Shown: positions 1-9,401 of the stretch, piece by piece
Position numbering within the stretch: the first letter of the stretch is position 1
Layout of the letters: each line of letters opens with the position of its first letter
From: Candidatus Micrarchaeota archaeon
Lineage (GTDB): Archaea > Micrarchaeota > Micrarchaeia > Micrarchaeales > CABMGC01
Length of the DNA stretch: 43,080 bases
NCBI GenBank assembly: GCA_021803245.1
Contig: JAJZLT010000042.1
Location: forward strand, 1-43,080
Direction: 5' to 3'
The notes under the pieces: model-generated
The model's database searches: none
Seen by the model: only the letters and a program-made list of their open reading frames with translations
Told to the model about the DNA's origin: nothing
Position numbers and translations under genes: made by a program

Positions 1-408
1 GTCTTAGGGTTTATTTCGATATTAACTGCGTATATCTCTGGCTTTGAGTTTCTGTTATCTGGATTTCAGAATAACCTTTTTTCTTTTACAATGAGCATAG
101 GATTTATTGTCGCACTACTTTCCTATTTTAGGCTCTATCAGTTAAGTGATAAGTTAAAGTGACTATTGCAAGAACTTAGGCTCTACTCCTAATTCATGCA
201 TCTTAGACGGTGTATGATATTAGTGCAACTTAGGCATTAAAAGTGCAAGCCTCCTTTTTCGTGCAAAGCCTGTCAATGTCATTTCGTGTATTTAATGGCA
301 TGGGAGGAATGTAGTCAGGCAGTAAAGTGGCGGCGGGAATTGCAGTCTTAGGTCCAGAGTGCCAAAAATGCCCCAAAGTATTTAGTCCTTATCGTGCATT
401 TCTTTGCT

Positions 409-1497
409 ATGAGGAAGAAAAGCGCACGTAAGAATCGCAAGAAGCCCATGCGCCAGCAAGCCGCAATGGAATACCTTGTGACCTACGGTCTTGCTGTCAT
501 AATACTGGCAGTGGTCTTATACATTATATATTACTACATTACCGCCGCACCTACCCTCGCCCAGAACACATGCACCTTCTCGTCAGGAGCAACATGCGTG
601 CAGCTCGAGATAGGTTCGAACTCTAGTACTACTAACGCCATAGTCTTTATAAACAATGCCCAAGAATTTGCGCTTAAAGACCCTGTACTTACAGTAAATC
701 TCTCCGGAGGAAAAGGAACGTTTTCCAGCTCATGCTTCCCTACTTTTGTGCTGCCTGGCGGAGCCATAGTATGCAGTGTTCCTATAACGAATATCCATTT
801 CGGCCAGGGTGAGCTTGTTGCTGGCGCACTCTCGCTTGCGGCAACTAACTGTGCGAGCGTAAATTCTTACACCTGCACAAGCCCCACTTCACAGCAATAT
901 TCCGGAACCTTTACCACACACGTAAGTTCATTGACTAATCTAGGATTAAAAGTAGCGTTGGTTCCATTTTCACTCTCCGAAACCGCAAATGGAACGAGAG
1001 ATGAAATTATTGCTACAGTAACTTTTGCTTCATCCGGCAGGCCGTTTCCAGGAGCCACGGTAAACTTCACGACGCCCACGCCAGGAGTGGTTGTAACGCC
1101 AGCATATGCCACTACCAACCAGAACGGCAACGCTACAGCCTATGCTTATAGTTACACAATAGCTTCTCCGGCACAGATAACTGCTTCCTTCAATGAATAC
1201 AGTGCGTCCATACTTATATACTTCAACAACCAGCCCACAACTACAACCGTAACGACTACTATCTCAACTTCTTCAACCAGCACTACTTCAATACCTTTGC
1301 CTACCACTTCTACCTCATCAACCACCTCTTCAACTACCACCTCTTCAACATCGACTTCAACAACCAGCACATCCAGTACTTCAACATCGACCACGTCTAC
1401 CTCTACTACATCAACATCCACTTCGTCTACAAGCACATCGACTACCACCAGCCCCACTACCTCAATTACAACAACAGTGCCCCTGGGATTCGGTTAG
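409..1497 (+). CDS. Class III signal peptide (archaeal type IV pilin-like) surface protein with an Ig-like domain and a Ser/Thr-rich C-terminal tail
   Basis: Basic leader, then RQQA/AMEYLVTYG and a hydrophobic helix. Cys-containing pilin-like domain, PFPGATVNF...ATTNQNGNA Big_1-like segment, ~80-aa S/T tract. ATG 409 preferred over GTG 394; ATG 448 is also possible. Confidence 0.8.
   Translation: MRKKSARKNRKKPMRQQAAMEYLVTYGLAVIILAVVLYIIYYYITAAPTLAQNTCTFSSGATCVQLEIGSNSSTTNAIVFINNAQEFALKDPVLTVNLSGGKGTFSSSCFPTFVLPGGAIVCSVPITNIHFGQGELVAGALSLAATNCASVNSYTCTSPTSQQYSGTFTTHVSSLTNLGLKVALVPFSLSETANGTRDEIIATVTFASSGRPFPGATVNFTTPTPGVVVTPAYATTNQNGNATAYAYSYTIASPAQITASFNEYSASILIYFNNQPTTTTVTTTISTSSTSTTSIPLPTTSTSSTTSSTTTSSTSTSTTSTSSTSTSTTSTSTTSTSTSSTSTSTTTSPTTSITTTVPLGFG
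1237..1476 (+). repeat. Low-complexity Ser/Thr codon tract (mucin-like linker)
   Basis: Translates to TTTTVTTTISTSSTSTTS...TTSITTT. The ACN/TCN codons are degenerate rather than an exact tandem repeat. Confidence 0.85.
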
Positions 1498-1555
1498 TTT
1501 ATTCAGGCTTTTGCGCTGCTAAGCCCTTCGTTGCGCTGCTCAGAAATAACAAGGC

Positions 1556-3244
1556 TCAGGAAACATTTAGCTCCTGCATCTTTGGCGGAGTATAATTGGC
1601 AGGTACATAATACAGTGTTGTAAGATCTGGTGCTGATAATTGCAGTACCATGCTTTTGTAACTTTCAGGCGGAGAAAGCACCTTATCCCACCACCAGCAT
1701 TCCATCTGGCCACTCTGATTGATATACTTGAGCGAGCTATATTTTCCGGACGGCACCAGAACGAAGGAATTACCGGGTATAAGCTGGCACGAGGTTATCC
1801 CGCCATACCCTAATTGGAATCTGCTTAGATTATCAAAATTTGTGTATACCACAAGATCCCCATATCCGCTATCCAGATAGATGCGCGTATTATCCGGCAG
1901 GCCCATTATGTATTCTGCTGCTTTATACTGCATAAGTTTCTCCGCTTCTGCGATGCTGTGCATGTACACGATTATTTGCAATGATGTTACTGTAAGAAAT
2001 ATGACAGCCACCATGGATCCCGCAAATTTTATATGCTTCCATTTCTTTTTCGATGCCCGCACGGACCCGATTAATGCGGCAGAGATCACGATGGAGACAG
2101 GTGTTGCTATAAGAAGCAGATATCTGTCAAGCCTATGCGATAAAATATAGATAAACGGGTATAATGTTATGTGCTGTGGCCCAAATTCCAGGTATAATAT
2201 GCCAGTAACTATCCAAAAGAGCAGCAAAGCCGATCTTTTCCTATCTTTCTTCCTCAAAATTAGGTATGCTGCTGAAGGAATAAGCGCGTAGAAGTAGAAT
2301 CCGGTTGTGTTGGAGCCATATATATAGCCATTTGTAATTATGGAAACCGGATTAAAATTTTTATATGCCAATGCATTGTATAATGCTGATGTCAGATGAT
2401 ATGGAAACATAATATTCGGATAGAATGCCAGGGCCGTATTCAGCGGCTGCGGGATTAAGTCCGGCCTCCATGTCTGGCCATAGTAGTCTATATTTGCCGT
2501 GAAGGTTATGAATGCATTCTTGGAGTTGAAATAATTTACCGTCATTACCACGCACAGGGCTATCAAAAAGCCAAGTATCAGGTAAAGGGACTTCTTATTG
2601 ATCGAAAAGGAGGAGGATCTGTTTCCTATTGGCACCTTCCTGAATATCAGCCCGATAATGAGCAGGGATCCGATCATTACCCACCATATAAATCCTTCCG
2701 GGATAGTGAGGGGCGCAGCCATCAGCGCTATTCCGGCAATAAAATACCAGGATCTGGATTTATTCTTTATGGCCTTTATCAGCGCGAAAAAAGAGAGGCT
2801 GACAAAAAACATCATAGGTATGTTATCGCTCATCGTAGTCGAGTAGATGGCTGCGAGAGGAAATGTGGCAAGCAAAAACGCAGACAGCAGTCCGATTTTA
2901 TCATCGAACAATTCACGCCCGATCAAGAAGGCCAGAAGCACAGAGAGCGTAAAACACAGTATATCCCATGCTACACTTGAAAGAGCTCCTGCTCCGAAAA
3001 TATAATAGAAAAAAGCTATAGGGAAGATCTGCAATAGTCTTACCGAGAGTATGTCGCCATTGCTCTCCATAAATGTACCGGCCGTTGCATAATGCGCGAG
3101 GAACGAATAAGCAATGTCATCGCCCAGATGGGTCGGGCCTACTGCAAAGTAAATGGAATAAGTCAGCGTATAAGCAAGTATGGCTATAAGAAGAAGAGAC
3201 GTGGACTTTTTCATCGGATTCGTTGCATTTTCCTTTTTTTCCAT
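1556..3244 (-). CDS. GT-C fold membrane glycosyltransferase (PMT/ArnT, GT39/GT83-like)
   Basis: More than 10 hydrophobic segments, acidic pair after TM1 (HLGDDIAY), FLIGRELF..IGLLSAFLLATFP segment, RYLL motif before a C-terminal soluble domain. Confidence 0.8.
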   Translation of the reverse strand: MEKKENATNPMKKSTSLLLIAILAYTLTYSIYFAVGPTHLGDDIAYSFLAHYATAGTFMESNGDILSVRLLQIFPIAFFYYIFGAGALSSVAWDILCFTLSVLLAFLIGRELFDDKIGLLSAFLLATFPLAAIYSTTMSDNIPMMFFVSLSFFALIKAIKNKSRSWYFIAGIALMAAPLTIPEGFIWWVMIGSLLIIGLIFRKVPIGNRSSSFSINKKSLYLILGFLIALCVVMTVNYFNSKNAFITFTANIDYYGQTWRPDLIPQPLNTALAFYPNIMFPYHLTSALYNALAYKNFNPVSIITNGYIYGSNTTGFYFYALIPSAAYLILRKKDRKRSALLLFWIVTGILYLEFGPQHITLYPFIYILSHRLDRYLLLIATPVSIVISAALIGSVRASKKKWKHIKFAGSMVAVIFLTVTSLQIIVYMHSIAEAEKLMQYKAAEYIMGLPDNTRIYLDSGYGDLVVYTNFDNLSRFQLGYGGITSCQLIPGNSFVLVPSGKYSSLKYINQSGQMECWWWDKVLSPPESYKSMVLQLSAPDLTTLYYVPANYTPPKMQELNVS

Positions 3245-3549
3245 ATATACACTGATGTTATGCGGACCAGCTTAATGGTTCCAAACCTGCTCGCGTACGC
3301 TCAAAGCATAAGCTGTTCGTAGTCTGTAATAACAATGGAACAGAATGTTAAAAAATACTCCTGAGACATTAGTTGCTGTTGCTAGAATTTTACTTTCAGT
3401 GCATCTGGCAGTTAGCGCGCCGGCTAGTTTGCATCTGCTCGGAAAAGCGATCTTTTGGATTGCCAATGTATTCTCTGTCGGTTATTGCAATTGAGAAACA
3501 GGCAATCAAGCATCTTCCGCCATATGAGAGAAAGAATTCCAGGCAAGAT

Positions 3550-4716
3550 TCATGTGGAAAATGAGGAGGAGAGCTTAAGTGACCTTGATACAATCGATTT
3601 AATCTTTATCTCCTTTGAGATATCCGCAACGATTCTGGCATCTGCTTTTATCTTCGGATTCCTTGCATTTATAGAGCAGACATCTTTATACGGAAGTATG
3701 GAATAGCTATAAGTACCTATCCTCCTTGCCACGCTTATTATTTCTTCCTTATCGAAACCAATGAGCGGCCTGAGAACCGGAATCCGCACCATGTGCTCCT
3801 CTGCAGCTAGATTTTCAGGGGTCTGCGAAGCAACCTGACCCAGGCTCTCCCCAGTAAATACAACTGAACATTTCTGATTCACTGCTATTCTTTCAGCAAG
3901 CAGGAGCATGAAAACCTTCATCATTATTAGTTCATATCTGCCTGTTCTAATCGCCCCTACCTGGAATATGTGGGATGGAACATAATAAATTTTATAATGC
4001 TGATGGTAGGAGGCCAGCAAAGCTACAATTTCCTTCAGCTTGGAGTTTGATGCCTCTTCATTGCTGGAGAAGCCATGCACATGCACATATATCGGCTCCA
4101 TCCCTCTTTTCATCGCATACCAGGCCGCTACTGGAGAATCTATGCCACCTGAAAGCAGTATCACGGCTTTTCCTCCGGATCCTACAGGCAGGCCTCCAAG
4201 GCCTTTGACCTTCTCTATGGAGACGTAGCCGGAATCTTCCGTAGCATTAAGCACCAATTCCTTGTCATAGCCTCTGGGCGCCATTGAATACCCCATACGC
4301 CTAAGCATCCCAGATGCCTTTTCATAGAGCTCTGCCGAATCAAATGGAAGTTGCTTATACGAGCGATGCGCATTTATCTTAAATATTGTCTTCTTATCAT
4401 ATCTGCTTGCCAGAGATCTTGCGAGCTTAAGCATTTCTTCAAGTTGCGGTTTGGTGACATATGAGACCTGGTAGCCGCTTATTCCAAATACCCTGTCCAA
4501 TCCGGATTTTATCGGTTCGATGTTGGCATCTTTTCCCGGCCTTATTATTATCCTGTCATGCTCCAATTCAAGGCTATACTTTTCACTCCCTAGTTGCTCG
4601 CGTATGTTGCTAACAAGCTTTTTTATGTATGTGCCCCTGTTTTTCGATTTAAGCCAGAGCTCTCCGAAACGCACAAGAATTATCCTTTCGTATCTGCCTT
4701 CCATTGCCAATACCAT
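3550..4716 (-). CDS. thiI: tRNA 4-thiouridine synthase ThiI (THUMP + PP-loop, no rhodanese domain)
   Basis: VRFGELWLKSKNR, GGLPVG, LLSGGIDSPVA, TGESLGQVASQT, RPLIGFDKEEI. Start uncertain (4716 or 4704). Confidence 0.93.
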   Translation of the reverse strand: MVLAMEGRYERIILVRFGELWLKSKNRGTYIKKLVSNIREQLGSEKYSLELEHDRIIIRPGKDANIEPIKSGLDRVFGISGYQVSYVTKPQLEEMLKLARSLASRYDKKTIFKINAHRSYKQLPFDSAELYEKASGMLRRMGYSMAPRGYDKELVLNATEDSGYVSIEKVKGLGGLPVGSGGKAVILLSGGIDSPVAAWYAMKRGMEPIYVHVHGFSSNEEASNSKLKEIVALLASYHQHYKIYYVPSHIFQVGAIRTGRYELIMMKVFMLLLAERIAVNQKCSVVFTGESLGQVASQTPENLAAEEHMVRIPVLRPLIGFDKEEIISVARRIGTYSYSILPYKDVCSINARNPKIKADARIVADISKEIKIKSIVSRSLKLSSSFST

Positions 4717-4732
4717 TAAAATCAGGCTTTCC

Positions 4733-5290
4733 CTATGAAACATTCAGCCTCAAGATAGATAAAGAAGTGCCATTCTCCATAGTGAAATTTTGCGAAGTTT
4801 CCAGCACCATGCCGTCGGGAAGCCCATGAACATTACTCGGCCAGCATTTGCTGTAAGTTGATAATGGATGGCCTAAAAATCGCTGAGCAATTGTCCCGTT
4901 CTCGAAGAACCAATACTGTTCCAGTGGAAAGTACGTATTAACCATCCAGAAACACTCGCTAGAAGCAGCCGGATAGGAAGAATATTGCGTGGAATTGAGC
5001 CCATAGAAGAGCATGCCCAGGCACGGTGAATGGCCGTTGCAATAGCCTATCCCGCTTACATTCATGTATCCTTTCTCCCATTGGCTGAGATTTCCTGCCA
5101 GATACACGTAGTATAAGCTGGAGGCGTTGCCTTCGGAGATGGATACTTCACCCACATTAAATCCGCTCGGAGCACCTTTAAGCGTGGCAGTGCCCTGTCC
5201 ATTTAGATGGAAGTATGCAAATGATACGATTGAAAAAGCCAGCAGCAGGATTACTAGAAATGATGTCTTTGCTTTGATAAATACACCCAC
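4733..5290 (-). CDS. Exported DUF192-like protein
   Basis: N-terminal signal/TM helix. A..QWEKGYM, GMLF, FWMVNTYFPL and VLE match the DUF192 pattern. Confidence 0.6.
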   Translation of the reverse strand: MGVFIKAKTSFLVILLLAFSIVSFAYFHLNGQGTATLKGAPSGFNVGEVSISEGNASSLYYVYLAGNLSQWEKGYMNVSGIGYCNGHSPCLGMLFYGLNSTQYSSYPAASSECFWMVNTYFPLEQYWFFENGTIAQRFLGHPLSTYSKCWPSNVHGLPDGMVLETSQNFTMENGTSLSILRLNVS

Positions 5291-5371
5291 ATGCGGGCTT
5301 TTATTTTTGTAACACGGATGGGCTTGCGGCTATAAGGTAAAAATGGCCGAAATGAGAAGGCAGTGGGCAGG

Positions 5372-5539
5372 CTATGCTCCTGTCCTCTCCCCTATTTCCT
5401 TTTTGTTTGGTTTCCTCTTGTGCTTCTCGTTAAGTTTATAACATCTTCTCGAACAGTAATATCTTATTACTCCTGTACGCCTTACAAATGCGAAGCCCGT
5501 CCCTTTTTCTATCTCTGCAGTACAGTATGTGCATTTCAT
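5372..5539 (-). CDS. rpl24e: 50S ribosomal protein L24e (not in the ORF track)
   Basis: Manual translation MKCTYCTAEIEKGTGFAFVRRTGVIRYYCSRRCYKLNEKHKRKPNKKEIGERTGA*. CxxC...GTG...CSxxC TRASH motif, directly downstream of S28e. Confidence 0.93.
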   Translation of the reverse strand: MKCTYCTAEIEKGTGFAFVRRTGVIRYYCSRRCYKLNEKHKRKPNKKEIGERTGA

Positions 5540-5544
5540 GATGC

Positions 5545-5838
5545 TTACCTCGCCACTATGCTCCTGTCTTCCCTGCTGGTATCTGGTAGCCGGATCATGT
5601 CACCAACCTTTATCCTGCCAGCAACATTCCTTCTTATGACCCTGCCTTTATCCTTACCTTCCAGAACCTTGCACATGGCTTGCTTTATCTCCCCGTATAT
5701 GCCTGTGCGTACCGGTGCAAGATCGACGACCTGTGCAAGATAGCCTTCGTATTTCTTCTGTTCAGCAGGTTGCTGTTGCTGCTTTTCCGGCTTGTCGGTA
5801 GTCTCGGTTTTATTCTTCTTGCCCTCAGATTCTGCCAT
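5545..5838 (-). CDS. rps28e: 30S ribosomal protein S28e with N-terminal extension
   Basis: RTGIYGEIKQAMCKVLEGKDKGRVIRRNVAGRIKVGD; L7Ae-S28e-L24e gene order. Confidence 0.92.
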   Translation of the reverse strand: MAESEGKKNKTETTDKPEKQQQQPAEQKKYEGYLAQVVDLAPVRTGIYGEIKQAMCKVLEGKDKGRVIRRNVAGRIKVGDMIRLPDTSREDRSIVAR

Positions 5839-5850
5839 TTAGCATCACTT

Positions 5851-6336
5851 TTAATTCTCCGGGGCTTTGGCAGGTTCTGACGCCTGCTGCTCCTTCTTGG
5901 GCTTTGGCTCCTTTTTCTGCTGCGGCCTTGACTCCTTCTTCTCCTGTGTTTTTTGGCTTTCTCCTGAAGCGGAAGACTTTCCGGTAATTCTTGCGACCAC
6001 GTCCTTTACAGCCGCATCTGCGCTTCCCGTTTTCTCTACTGCCACGCTGGAGCATGCAACATTCATTCCGATGGCCTTTCCAAGTTCAAGCTTGCTAGGC
6101 ACAAAAACATATGCTATATTCTTCTGCTTGCAAAGGGTAGGTATATGCATGACTACTTCTTCTGGTTCAACATCAGCAGCAATCACAACAAGAGATGCAA
6201 GACCGCGTTCGACACTCTTAGTCACCTCGTTTACTCCCTTCCTGACATTGCCCCCCTGCCTTGCAAGCCTGAGCGCGTCAAGAGTCTTATCCTGCACTTC
6301 CTTAGAAACCTCGAAATCTATGTAAGATTTAGCCAT
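5851..6336 (-). CDS. rpl7ae: 50S ribosomal protein L7Ae with C-terminal extension
   Basis: RKGVNEVTKSVERG, IAADVEPEEVVMHIP, VPSKLELGKA. Confidence 0.95.
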   Translation of the reverse strand: MAKSYIDFEVSKEVQDKTLDALRLARQGGNVRKGVNEVTKSVERGLASLVVIAADVEPEEVVMHIPTLCKQKNIAYVFVPSKLELGKAIGMNVACSSVAVEKTGSADAAVKDVVARITGKSSASGESQKTQEKKESRPQQKKEPKPKKEQQASEPAKAPEN

Positions 6337-6385
6337 TTTATTACCTCATCTCATTGGTTTTAGTATTATATATCATTCACGGTTG

Positions 6386-6399
6386 ATATAAAGCTTTCT
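6386..6399 (-). promoter_or_regulatory. Putative BRE/TATA promoter of the rpl7ae-rps28e-rpl24e unit
   Basis: Minus strand AGAAAGC-TTTATAT about 50 nt upstream of the ATG, with a GAGGT SD-like sequence before the ATG. Confidence 0.5.
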
Positions 6400-6404
6400 G
6401 TTTC

Positions 6405-8597
6405 TCAGTCCATGAACTGCTGCGGCTTAGGCGGCTCCGGATCCTGTCCTTTCCTCTTTCTTATCTCCCTGACTACTTTGTCCTGGAGCTCTTTCGGGAG
6501 CCTCTCGTAGCCGGCATACTCAGGGTACCAAATGGCCCTTCCTTGCGTCAGGCCGCGCATGTCATTTGAGAAACCTTTTATTACTTCAGCTACAGGCATC
6601 TTGGCAATAAGCGTAGCCTGCTCTGCTTCCTGCTGTATATCAATTATCTGCCCTCTCTTCGAGTTTAGGAAGCTTATGACATCTGAAAGATACTCCTGCG
6701 GTATGTTTATCGTGAATTTCTGCTTCGGCTCCAGAAGCACAACGCCGGCAGTTAGCATTCCCGCGTAGATCGGCCTTCTCATAGCAGGTATTATCTGCGC
6801 AGGACCCCTGTGGACAGGATCCTCGTGTATTGTCGCATCCGTTATGAGCACTTTTATTCCTGTGCACTTTTCCCTCGCCAGAGGACCGTCTTTCATTGCC
6901 TCCTCAAATCCCTCTATAAGCAATTCCATCACTTCGTCAAGGTACTGCACGCCGTGCGTCGCATCTATGAGAATGCTGTTGTTAGCTATATCTACTACGC
7001 CCTTCGCTTCATCTCTCTGCATGCCCGCCTTTATGAGTAGGTCTATATGTGTTTTGCCCTTTGGTTTGCCGTCTTTAAGCGCGCCGCTGTCGAGAAGATC
7101 CAGTACTCCCTGCTCCAGAGGCATGACAGTAATATAGAAGCGTGAATGCCTGTTGGGCGTCTTGCCTTCTATGTCCTTTGCCTCTTTTTCGATAGTTTCC
7201 TTGTAAACGACAATTGGCTCGCTTGTGGTAATTGGCACGTGAAATTCATCTCTTACTTTTGTTTCTATGACTTCAAGATGCAATTCACCCATTCCGCTTA
7301 TCAGGTGCTCGCCTGTTTCCTGGTTAAGCTCCACCTGAAGAGTCTGATCCTCTTTCGAGAGTTCCCTTAGCGCCTCTATAAGCTTCATTAAGTCTCTTGT
7401 GTCCTTTGCCTCTATGGCCTTGGTAACTACCGGCTTTGAATAGTGCTTTATCTGCTCGAATGGCTCTATTCCATTCTCGCTCGCAGTGTCGCCTATTGAA
7501 ATATTCTTCAATCCTACAATGCCCGCGATGTTGCCCGCTGAGATCGAATCTACCAAGACACGCTCCGGGCCCATAAAAAGGCTGACCTGCTGAATGCGTT
7601 GCTTGTCAGGATCTCCTGAAATATAAACCTCGCTGCCTTTCCTTACAGTGCCAGAGAAGACCCTTCCTATCGCTACTTCGCCGCTGTGCTGATCGTAAGT
7701 TACTCCGAAGATAACCATGTTTATCTTCGCGTTTGGATCAACAGTGGTCATCGCCTTTCCATCCTCACTGCCCAGATCCCCATGCCATAGACGCGGTATC
7801 CTGTATGGCTGCGCCTGCGCCGGATTGGGCAGGTGCTCTATCATCATTGTAAGTGTGGCCTCGTCTATAGGCGCAACTTCCTGCAGCTTCTTCTCATCGT
7901 TTGCTGCAGTTAGTTCGAAGATCTGCTTGAACGTTACCTTGTATTTTTCCATTATCCTTGCAGATATTGCCCATTTCTTGTATGCTGATCCAAAGCAGAC
8001 TGCGCCAGACTCTACGCTTAGCTGCCATTTCTCTGCAAACTCTTCCGGCGCATAGCTTCTGATCATCTTGTTTATGTCATTTATAAGCTTGAGCAATCTC
8101 TCGAATGTCTGTTCCTGTGTAAGCTTGAGTTCATTAAGAAGCCTGTCTACCTTGTTCACGAAAAGAACCGGCTTTGCCCTCTCCTGCAGGGCCTGTCTCA
8201 GGACTGTTTCCGTCTGAGGCATGATTCCCTCCACAGGATCGACCACAAGAACTACCCCGTCAACTGCCCTCATTGACCTTGTTACATGGCCGCCGAAATC
8301 AACGTGCCCGGGCGTGTCTATAAGATTTATTATGTAATCTGCACCTTTGTAATTGAAGGCTAGCGAGATATCTGCCGATTTAATTGTCATTCTCCTGTCT
8401 TTTTCTATTGCTTCGTAATTAGTGTAAAGCGCTTCTCCTGCCACATTCTTGGATATTATGCCTGCGCGGGCGAGCAGTGAATCTGTCAGCGTGGTTTTGC
8501 CATGATGAACATGCGCTATTATGGCGACGTTCCTTATCTGTGCGATATCCTTCATCAATCGCGCTACTTCCTCAGCAACGAACTCTTTCCTTACCAT
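6405..8597 (-). CDS. fusA: Translation elongation factor EF-2
   Basis: DTPGHVDFGG, NKVD, GMGELHLE, diphthamide loop HEDPVHRGPAQ; follows S7. Confidence 0.97.
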   Translation of the reverse strand: MVRKEFVAEEVARLMKDIAQIRNVAIIAHVHHGKTTLTDSLLARAGIISKNVAGEALYTNYEAIEKDRRMTIKSADISLAFNYKGADYIINLIDTPGHVDFGGHVTRSMRAVDGVVLVVDPVEGIMPQTETVLRQALQERAKPVLFVNKVDRLLNELKLTQEQTFERLLKLINDINKMIRSYAPEEFAEKWQLSVESGAVCFGSAYKKWAISARIMEKYKVTFKQIFELTAANDEKKLQEVAPIDEATLTMMIEHLPNPAQAQPYRIPRLWHGDLGSEDGKAMTTVDPNAKINMVIFGVTYDQHSGEVAIGRVFSGTVRKGSEVYISGDPDKQRIQQVSLFMGPERVLVDSISAGNIAGIVGLKNISIGDTASENGIEPFEQIKHYSKPVVTKAIEAKDTRDLMKLIEALRELSKEDQTLQVELNQETGEHLISGMGELHLEVIETKVRDEFHVPITTSEPIVVYKETIEKEAKDIEGKTPNRHSRFYITVMPLEQGVLDLLDSGALKDGKPKGKTHIDLLIKAGMQRDEAKGVVDIANNSILIDATHGVQYLDEVMELLIEGFEEAMKDGPLAREKCTGIKVLITDATIHEDPVHRGPAQIIPAMRRPIYAGMLTAGVVLLEPKQKFTINIPQEYLSDVISFLNSKRGQIIDIQQEAEQATLIAKMPVAEVIKGFSNDMRGLTQGRAIWYPEYAGYERLPKELQDKVVREIRKRKGQDPEPPKPQQFMD

Positions 8598-8602
8598 TAT
8601 TA

Positions 8603-9397
8603 TTACCTTGCCCTCTTTGCTATTCTCTCAACATCAGTTCTCTTTTTGATAGCATAGCTTTCTGAGGAGTTTGTTGCAGCAAGTATAAGTTCATCTGCAA
8701 GCGCATCGGCAACGCTTTTCCTCTTGTTAAACGAACCGATTATTGCAGAGAGTGCTATATTTTTTAGCGCAACATCTACGCGCCTCTGCGCGCTTATGCC
8801 AACCGCTACGTTATATGAAATGCCCCCATATCTGACCCTTGTCGTGTCTTCTATAGGTGCGGCATGCTCGATTGCATCAACAAAGACCTGAACAGGATTC
8901 TTCCCTGTCTTCTTGCTTATCTTCTCAAATGAGTCTTCAACTATATGCATTACCTTGAGCTTCTTCCCCTGGAGCCTGCCTTCCGTCCTTATTACTTTGC
9001 CGCCTATCTTCTTCCCTGTGCCGCCGCGCATCAGCTTATTCATTAGCCTCTCTATTATGCTTATATGCGCATTATAATAAGACTGGAATTTCCTGCGCCC
9101 GAAAATGTTTGGATATTCGTAGTTTCCGAATCGTATGTAGCTGGATATGCTCTGATCCTCCACTTTTACATCATTGAGCGGATATTTCCCAAAGAGAAGC
9201 ACATTGCCCCCATGGACTACATCCGGTTCACTCTTGGACTTGGATGCAGCATCCTGCACGGCATAAGGCGATGCATCCTGCGGACCGGATGCTTGCTGTT
9301 TTTGAGGTGCCCGGCGCCTCCGCTGCAATTTCTCTGCTGACTCTGCAGCAACAGTTTCCTCTTTTTGCTCCTCTGACTTTACCTCTTCAACTGCCAC
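8603..9397 (-). CDS. rps7: 30S ribosomal protein S7 with long N-terminal extension
   Basis: IIERLMNKLMR, NPVQVFVDAIEHAAPIED, LADELILAA...SYAIKKR..VERIA. Confidence 0.95.
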   Translation of the reverse strand: MAVEEVKSEEQKEETVAAESAEKLQRRRRAPQKQQASGPQDASPYAVQDAASKSKSEPDVVHGGNVLLFGKYPLNDVKVEDQSISSYIRFGNYEYPNIFGRRKFQSYYNAHISIIERLMNKLMRGGTGKKIGGKVIRTEGRLQGKKLKVMHIVEDSFEKISKKTGKNPVQVFVDAIEHAAPIEDTTRVRYGGISYNVAVGISAQRRVDVALKNIALSAIIGSFNKRKSVADALADELILAATNSSESYAIKKRTDVERIAKRAR

Positions 9398-9401
9398 TCA
9401 A

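Noticed and set aside
1-354. CRISPR array
   Set aside because: Repeats are only 6-10 nt long and irregularly spaced
1152-1457. Val/Glu/Asp-rich minus-strand ORF
   Set aside because: Simply the reverse complement of the Ser/Thr codon tract
3272-3593. Several 63-65 aa ORFs in the gap before thiI
   Set aside because: Mutually overlapping, with no motifs or convincing start signals
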